The position numbers were made by a program, and so were the translations under genes. The notes below the pieces were generated by a model, which was not told where the DNA came from, ran no database searches, and worked only from the letters and a program-made list of their open reading frames with translations. Shown in pieces: positions 23,503 to 25,969 of a stretch of 25,969 nucleotides of DNA. Every line of letters begins with the position of its first letter. The first letter of the stretch is position 1. Origin of the DNA: a virus (taxonomy: Duplodnaviria; Caudoviricetes); IMG/VR virus record IMGVR_UViG_3300002756_000030, positions 1 to 25,969 of that record; one strand, written 5' to 3'.

Positions 23503-24072
23503 ATGCCTGAACCGCAGCCGACCGAGCCCACCGCCGTCGCCGCCACGGAGACCCCGGAGCCGATCGAAGCAACACCCGAACCCCCAGCAAAGGACCCCGC
23601 CGCAGACGCGGAGAAGTGGAAGGCACTGGCCCGCAAGCACGAGGCACAGGCGAAGGCGAACGCCGACAAGGCAAAGCGCTTCGACGAACTCGAAGAGGCC
23701 AGCAAGTCCGAGTTGGAGAAGGCCATTGCGCGTGCGGAGGCCGCCGAGAAGGCGGTCCAGTCACGTGAGGCCGAAGCCCTGAGAGCGTCGATCGCGCTCG
23801 AGAAGGGTCTGACCGTTTCGCAGGCGAAGCGGTTGGTGGGTTCCACGCGTGAGGAACTGGAAGCCGACGCCGTTGAGCTTCTAGCTGACCTCAAGGCAGC
23901 GACGCCTAAGGCGCCGTCAGCGGATGGGCAGGGCAAGAACGGCAACCCCATTGGTGGTCCGGAGCAGTTGACCCGGGCTGACCTTGAGGGGATGTCCGCC
24001 GACGACATCGTTAGGGCCAAGGCCGAGGGCCGCCTTGACGTTGCGCTCGGGATCAAGACGCCCACTTCGTAA
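23503..24072 (+). CDS. Capsid scaffolding protein
   Basis: Pro/Glu-rich N-terminus, KWKALARKHE coiled coil, RLVGSTREELEADA; upstream of capsid. Confidence 0.88.
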   Translation: MPEPQPTEPTAVAATETPEPIEATPEPPAKDPAADAEKWKALARKHEAQAKANADKAKRFDELEEASKSELEKAIARAEAAEKAVQSREAEALRASIALEKGLTVSQAKRLVGSTREELEADAVELLADLKAATPKAPSADGQGKNGNPIGGPEQLTRADLEGMSADDIVRAKAEGRLDVALGIKTPTS

Positions 24073-24090
24073 CAAACAAGGAGGCCAATC

Positions 24091-24939
24091 ATGGCCGTTA
24101 CCAACTTCATCCCGGAGGTCTGGGCCGCTGAGCTTCAGTCCTCGCTCAAGAAGTCTCTCGTGTTCGCTGGCCCGCAGGCCGTGAACCGCAACTACGAGGG
24201 TGAGATCTCCAACTTCGGCGACACCGTGCACATCGTGTCGATCACCCGCCCGACCATCGCGAGTTACGTCGCGGGTACCACGTCGATCACGCCTGAGGCG
24301 CTGACGGACGCGGACCGGACCCTCGTCGTGGACCAGGCGAAGTACTTCGCGTTCGAGGTCGATGACGTGGATCTGCGTCAGGCGCGTTCCGGTGGGGCGC
24401 TGCTGTCGGAGGCCGCTCAGGAGGCTGCTTACGGTCTGGCCGACACGGCTGACCTGTACGTGGCGGGCCTGTACACGAACGCTGCTGCGGCGAACAAGAT
24501 CACGACCACGGCGATCACGTCTGCCGCGCTTGCGGTGACCGGCCTGGTGAACCTGAAGATCAAGCTCGACAACGCGAACGTCCCCAACCAAGGCCGTTAC
24601 GTGATCATCCCGCCCTGGTACCACGGTCTGCTGTTGCAGTCCGACACGTTCGTTCGTGTGGACGCTTCGGGCACGTCTGAGGCGCTGCGGAACGGCCTGG
24701 TCGGTCGGGCGTTCGGGTTCGACGTCCTCATGTCGAACAACGTGACCCTCGTGACCGGTGACGACTACCTCGTCTGCGCCGGGTACAACGGTGCGATCAC
24801 CTACGCCGAGCAGATCAACAAGGTCGAGGCGTACCGCCCGCAGGACGCGTTCTCGGACGCGATCAAGGGCCTGCACCTGTACGGCGCGAAGGTTGCCCGC
24901 CCCGAGGGCATCGCGACCCTCACGGCGTCGATCACCTGA
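24091..24939 (+). CDS. Major capsid protein (P22 coat-like family)
   Basis: NFIPEVWAA, NRNYEGEI..FGDTVHI, LVVDQAKYFAFEVDDVD, DAIKGLHLYGAKV; AAGGAGG RBS. Confidence 0.93.
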   Translation: MAVTNFIPEVWAAELQSSLKKSLVFAGPQAVNRNYEGEISNFGDTVHIVSITRPTIASYVAGTTSITPEALTDADRTLVVDQAKYFAFEVDDVDLRQARSGGALLSEAAQEAAYGLADTADLYVAGLYTNAAAANKITTTAITSAALAVTGLVNLKIKLDNANVPNQGRYVIIPPWYHGLLLQSDTFVRVDASGTSEALRNGLVGRAFGFDVLMSNNVTLVTGDDYLVCAGYNGAITYAEQINKVEAYRPQDAFSDAIKGLHLYGAKVARPEGIATLTASIT

Positions 24940-24946
24940 TCCGGTT

Positions 24947-24980
24947 GAGACGGCCGGGGGCTCCTGTTCCCGGCCGTCTC
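24947..24980 (+). terminator. Strong hairpin after capsid gene
   Basis: GAGACGGCCGGG/CCCGGCCGTCTC 12-bp stem; no U-tract. Confidence 0.6.
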
Positions 24981-25019
24981 CCCCGGTCACCCACACTCTG
25001 ACGCCCCAGGAGGCACAGC

Positions 25020-25388
25020 ATGGCAACCACAGTCGTTCCGATTACCCCGCTCACCGCGGGTACGGCAGTGGCCGATGTCGCCGGTACGGCGATCGTCGCT
25101 GCTAACACGCATGTCATCACTCCGACCAAGCCGTTCTCCAAGCTCGTGCTGCGGATCGTGAACACGGGCGCGGAGAAGGTCATCACCATCAAGGCTGGGG
25201 ATTCCCCGCCTGCCGACGCGGCCGGTCTGGGTGACCTTGCGACCACGTTCGCGATCGGTAGCTCGACCCCTGTCGTGAAGTGGTTTGCGGGTCTTGAGTC
25301 GGCCCGGTTCTCCCAGGACGACGGGTCGATCGAGATCACGGTCGCCGCGTCGACCACAGGGTTCATCACCGCGTTCGAGGTGGCGTGA
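25020..25388 (+). CDS. Putative capsid-associated (decoration-like) protein
   Basis: AGGAGG RBS; beta-strand-like T/V/I-rich sequence with GLESARF..DDG; follows capsid. Confidence 0.65.
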   Translation: MATTVVPITPLTAGTAVADVAGTAIVAANTHVITPTKPFSKLVLRIVNTGAEKVITIKAGDSPPADAAGLGDLATTFAIGSSTPVVKWFAGLESARFSQDDGSIEITVAASTTGFITAFEVA

Positions 25389-25585
25389 TGGCCGCCCAGT
25401 ACCCGCGTCAGCCGGCGCGGCGCACGGAGCTGGGGCGCGGGTTCACTGCTTCCACGGCTGACCTGTTCCCGTCGGGTTCTCTGGCGAACGTTGTGGACCC
25501 GACCGACCTTGCGACCGCCCTGGTGGCGATCATCGCGATCCGTGACGGTCTCATTGCCCTTGGGCTGATGGACGCGGCCGAGTAG
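25388..25585 (+). CDS. Small virion protein, head-fibre-like C-terminal helix
   Basis: C-terminus IIAIRDGLIALGLM; TGATG overlap. Confidence 0.55.
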   Translation: MAAQYPRQPARRTELGRGFTASTADLFPSGSLANVVDPTDLATALVAIIAIRDGLIALGLMDAAE

Positions 25586-25601
25586 CACCTAGGAGGTTCT
25601 G

Positions 25602-25969
25602 ATGCTTGCTGCTTTGGCGACCACGGCGAACGCTACGGCGTTCGGGCTGACGGTGACGGACGCGGCACTGTTGCGTGCGTCTACTCGGGTTCGGGGGTTC
25701 GTTGGGCAGGACATCAGTGCTGGTACGTCGACGGTGACGGTGCGGGGGCCCCGTTCGCGGCTCCCGCAGCGTCCCGTGACGGCGATCACGTCAATCACCG
25801 ATGAGGATTCGGTGGTGCTCGAAGCGGACGACTACGTGTTGTCCCCCGGTGGCGTGTTGGATCTACCGTCGACGAAGTTGTTCACAGTTGTGTACGCGCA
25901 CGGGTGGGCGACGATCCCGGACGCGGTGATCGAGGTTGTGTGCACGGTTGCGGCTCGCCTGGGTGCGAC
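25602..25969 (+). CDS. Head-to-tail adaptor (partial, runs off window)
   Basis: AGGAGG RBS; ALLRASTRVRGFVGQ, RLPQRPVTAI, VVYAHGWATIPDAVIEVVCTVAAR. Confidence 0.8.
   Translation, partial: MLAALATTANATAFGLTVTDAALLRASTRVRGFVGQDISAGTSTVTVRGPRSRLPQRPVTAITSITDEDSVVLEADDYVLSPGGVLDLPSTKLFTVVYAHGWATIPDAVIEVVCTVAARLGA

Larger units (their letters stand above)
797..25969. mobile_element. Integrated temperate actinobacteriophage (prophage), continues past window end
   Basis: att-like tRNA fragment, repressor/Cro switch, recombination/replication genes, terminase, portal, capsid in canonical order. Confidence 0.96.

Noticed and set aside
19282-25026. Long minus-strand ORFs (585, 483, 369 aa; also 7271-8536)
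   Set aside because: Antisense shadows of terminase, portal, capsid and RecT in GC-rich DNA, with no recognisable motifs
1-25969. CRISPR array, reverse transcriptase/DGR/retron, integrase or transposase
   Set aside because: No regularly spaced repeats and no RT, recombinase or transposase motifs seen in any ORF

Overview
High-GC actinobacterial chromosome. The window opens with the host oligoribonuclease gene (orn, 87-818). Its stop codon lies inside a 23-nt antisense copy of the 3' end of tRNA-His (797-819), the likely att core of a temperate, probably siphovirus-type, prophage that fills the rest of the window. Prophage order: immunity repressor and divergent Cro-like gene; a long translationally coupled early operon (HNH endonucleases, excisionase-like HTH, YqaJ/RecE exonuclease plus RecT, three methyltransferases, WhiB, Holliday junction resolvase, replication initiator with internal iteron-like repeats, Zn-finger/HTH late regulator); a late promoter with structured leader; packaging HNH and probable cos site; a stand-alone Zn-finger/minimal primase-polymerase; a small basic protein; then TerS, TerL, portal, MuF-like protein, scaffold, major capsid and head-completion genes running off the window. 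No integrase, tail or lysis genes are in the window. Most unusual observations: (1) an inverted HNH gene inserted in the last conserved motif of the cytosine methyltransferase, whose antisense strand re-encodes the displaced motif while the old gene end has decayed into a candidate promoter; (2) a minimal AEP primase-polymerase as the first gene after cos; (3) several structured non-coding elements in the late region. All family calls come from motif recognition by eye; no database searches were run.
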